Source of the DNA: Haplodiscus bocki
Taxonomy: Eukaryota
DNA: 64,000 bases
NCBI GenBank assembly: GCA_965655095.1
Contig: OZ296656.1
Coordinates: forward strand, 39,742,001-39,806,000
Direction of reading: 5' to 3'
The position numbers and the translations under genes were made by a program. The first letter of the stretch is position 1. The number at the start of each line of letters is the position of its first letter. Under the pieces are notes generated by a model that did no database searches, was not told the DNA's origin, and saw only the letters and a program-made list of their open reading frames with translations. Positions 63,001 through 64,000 of the stretch are shown here, piece by piece.

Positions 63001-64000
63001 TAGTGCACTGAAAACGATCCCGCGAAAAATTCGATTGAAACCGTCAATGCGAAAGATTGCAAAGGAGGTACCCCTTGGGAAAAAGCCCAAGGGAAAAATC
63101 GTGCTAAAGAGCGCACACAGAATGGTTCTGTGGAAAAGTGCACGGGAGCAACCCTAAAAAAACGCACTGAAAAAACCATTGCCAAAGAGCGCACGGAAAT
63201 GTGCCCTGCAAAGAAACGCACGCAAAAAGTTCAGGGGGATGAGCCCATGGATATCTCCGCTGCGAAAGACTGCACGGTAAAACACGCCCCAAGAAGAGCA
63301 GAAAAAAATTCCCCCGCAAAAAAACCCACGGTAAAACCACTTGCGAAAAAGTGCACGAAAAAAACCCCTACGAAACAGAGCAGATAATATGTTCCTGCGA
63401 AAGAGCGCAGGAAAAAAAGCCCCCGCAAAAAACCCCTTGTAATTTGTCCATGCGAGACAGTTCACGGAAGATATCCCCAAGAAAGAGCCCATCGTAAACG
63501 CTCTGCGAAAAAACGTACCAAAAAAGCCCCAGCGAAAGAGCCAAAGAAAGTCTCACATGCAACAACATGCACGGAGGAGGCCCCGGAAAAAATGCACCAA
63601 AAAGTTACCCTCCGGATCGTGCACTGAAAAGGATCCTGCGAAAAATTCGATTGAAACCGTCCATGTGAAAGGTTGCAAAGGAGGTACCCCTTGGGAAAAA
63701 ACGCAAGGGAAAAATCATGCTAAAGGGCGCACACGGAATGGTTCTGTGGATAAGTGCACGGGAGCAACCCTAAAAAAACGCACTGAAAAAACCACTGCAA
63801 AAGAGCGCACGGAAATGTGCTCTGCAAAGAAACGCACGCAAAAAGTTCAGAGGGATGAGCCCATGGATATCTCCACTGCGAAAGACTGCACGGTAAAACA
63901 CGCCCCAAGAAGAGCAGAAAAAAATCCCCCCCCGCAAAAAAAACCCACGGTAAAACCACTTACGAAAAAGTGCACGAAAAGAACCCCCACGAAAGAGAGC
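42035..64000 (+). repeat. 27-bp satellite array 3 (runs off the window end)
   Basis: Same monomer and orientation. Heterogeneous to ~48.9 kb, then organised in near-identical multi-kb units. Confidence 0.95.
48899..64000 (+). repeat. Higher-order repeat domain, ~2.41 kb unit (~89 monomers) with 1.80 and 1.87 kb structural variants
   Basis: Marker GGCACTGCTAATTA at 48899, 50694, 52567, 54976, 57391, 59267 and 61679 gives unit lengths 1795, 1873, 2409, 2415, 1876, 2412. Identical ORF translations recur (53711/60411/62821; 52956/55365). Confidence 0.93.

Noticed and set aside
12829-64000. Hundreds of overlapping ORFs up to 418 aa on both strands (Lys/Arg-rich or Phe-rich)
   Set aside because: Artefact of a 27-bp monomer with no stop in any frame. 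Each ORF is one of six monomer translations (PAKERTEKA, LRKSARKKP, CERAHGKSP, GFFRALFRR, AFSVRSFAG, LFPCALSQG), and all frames overlap and shift at A-run indels.
13240-64000. CRISPR array (repeat length is in the CRISPR range)
   Set aside because: Monomers are contiguous and degenerate with no unique spacers, no invariant repeat and no cas genes.
13240-64000. Intrinsically curved DNA from phased A-tracts
   Set aside because: A-tracts are 13-14 bp apart, out of phase with the ~10.5-bp helical repeat, so additive planar bending is not expected.
1-64000. rRNA, tRNA, telomeric repeats, prokaryotic operons
   Set aside because: No recognisable signatures by eye. A covariance-model scan was not possible, so small RNAs in 1-13200 cannot be strictly excluded.

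Overview
Repeat-dominated DNA, almost certainly eukaryotic (taxon not assignable). I can support no intact gene, RNA gene or CRISPR array. 1-8100 is AT-rich unique-looking DNA with only decayed reading-frame fragments. 8143-10817 is a pair of ~1 kb diverged inverted repeats with TG...CA outer ends. From ~9800 to the end the window is a three-fold macro-repeat. An AT-rich head block (~3.4 kb at 9800 and 25993; 5'-truncated 2.7 kb at 39298) carries a decayed, triplicated ~310-bp coding-like module. Each head is followed at the same junction by an array of a 27-bp satellite (eye-derived consensus CCTGCGAAAGAGCGCACGGAAAAAGCC). That monomer is stop-free in all six frames, which explains nearly the whole ORF track as artefact. 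The satellite is hierarchical: ~13/14-bp half-units, 27-bp monomers, ~0.54 and ~0.6 kb modules, a 2.71 kb duplication in array 1, and a young homogeneous ~2.41 kb higher-order repeat (HOR) from ~48.9 kb with a possible 6.7 kb super-period. Most interesting: the fixed head-plus-satellite unit, hints that the satellite came from a coding minisatellite, CpG-decay variants, and a divergent-to-homogeneous gradient like the edge of an actively expanding array. All alignments were made by eye, so boundaries are approximate unless stated.
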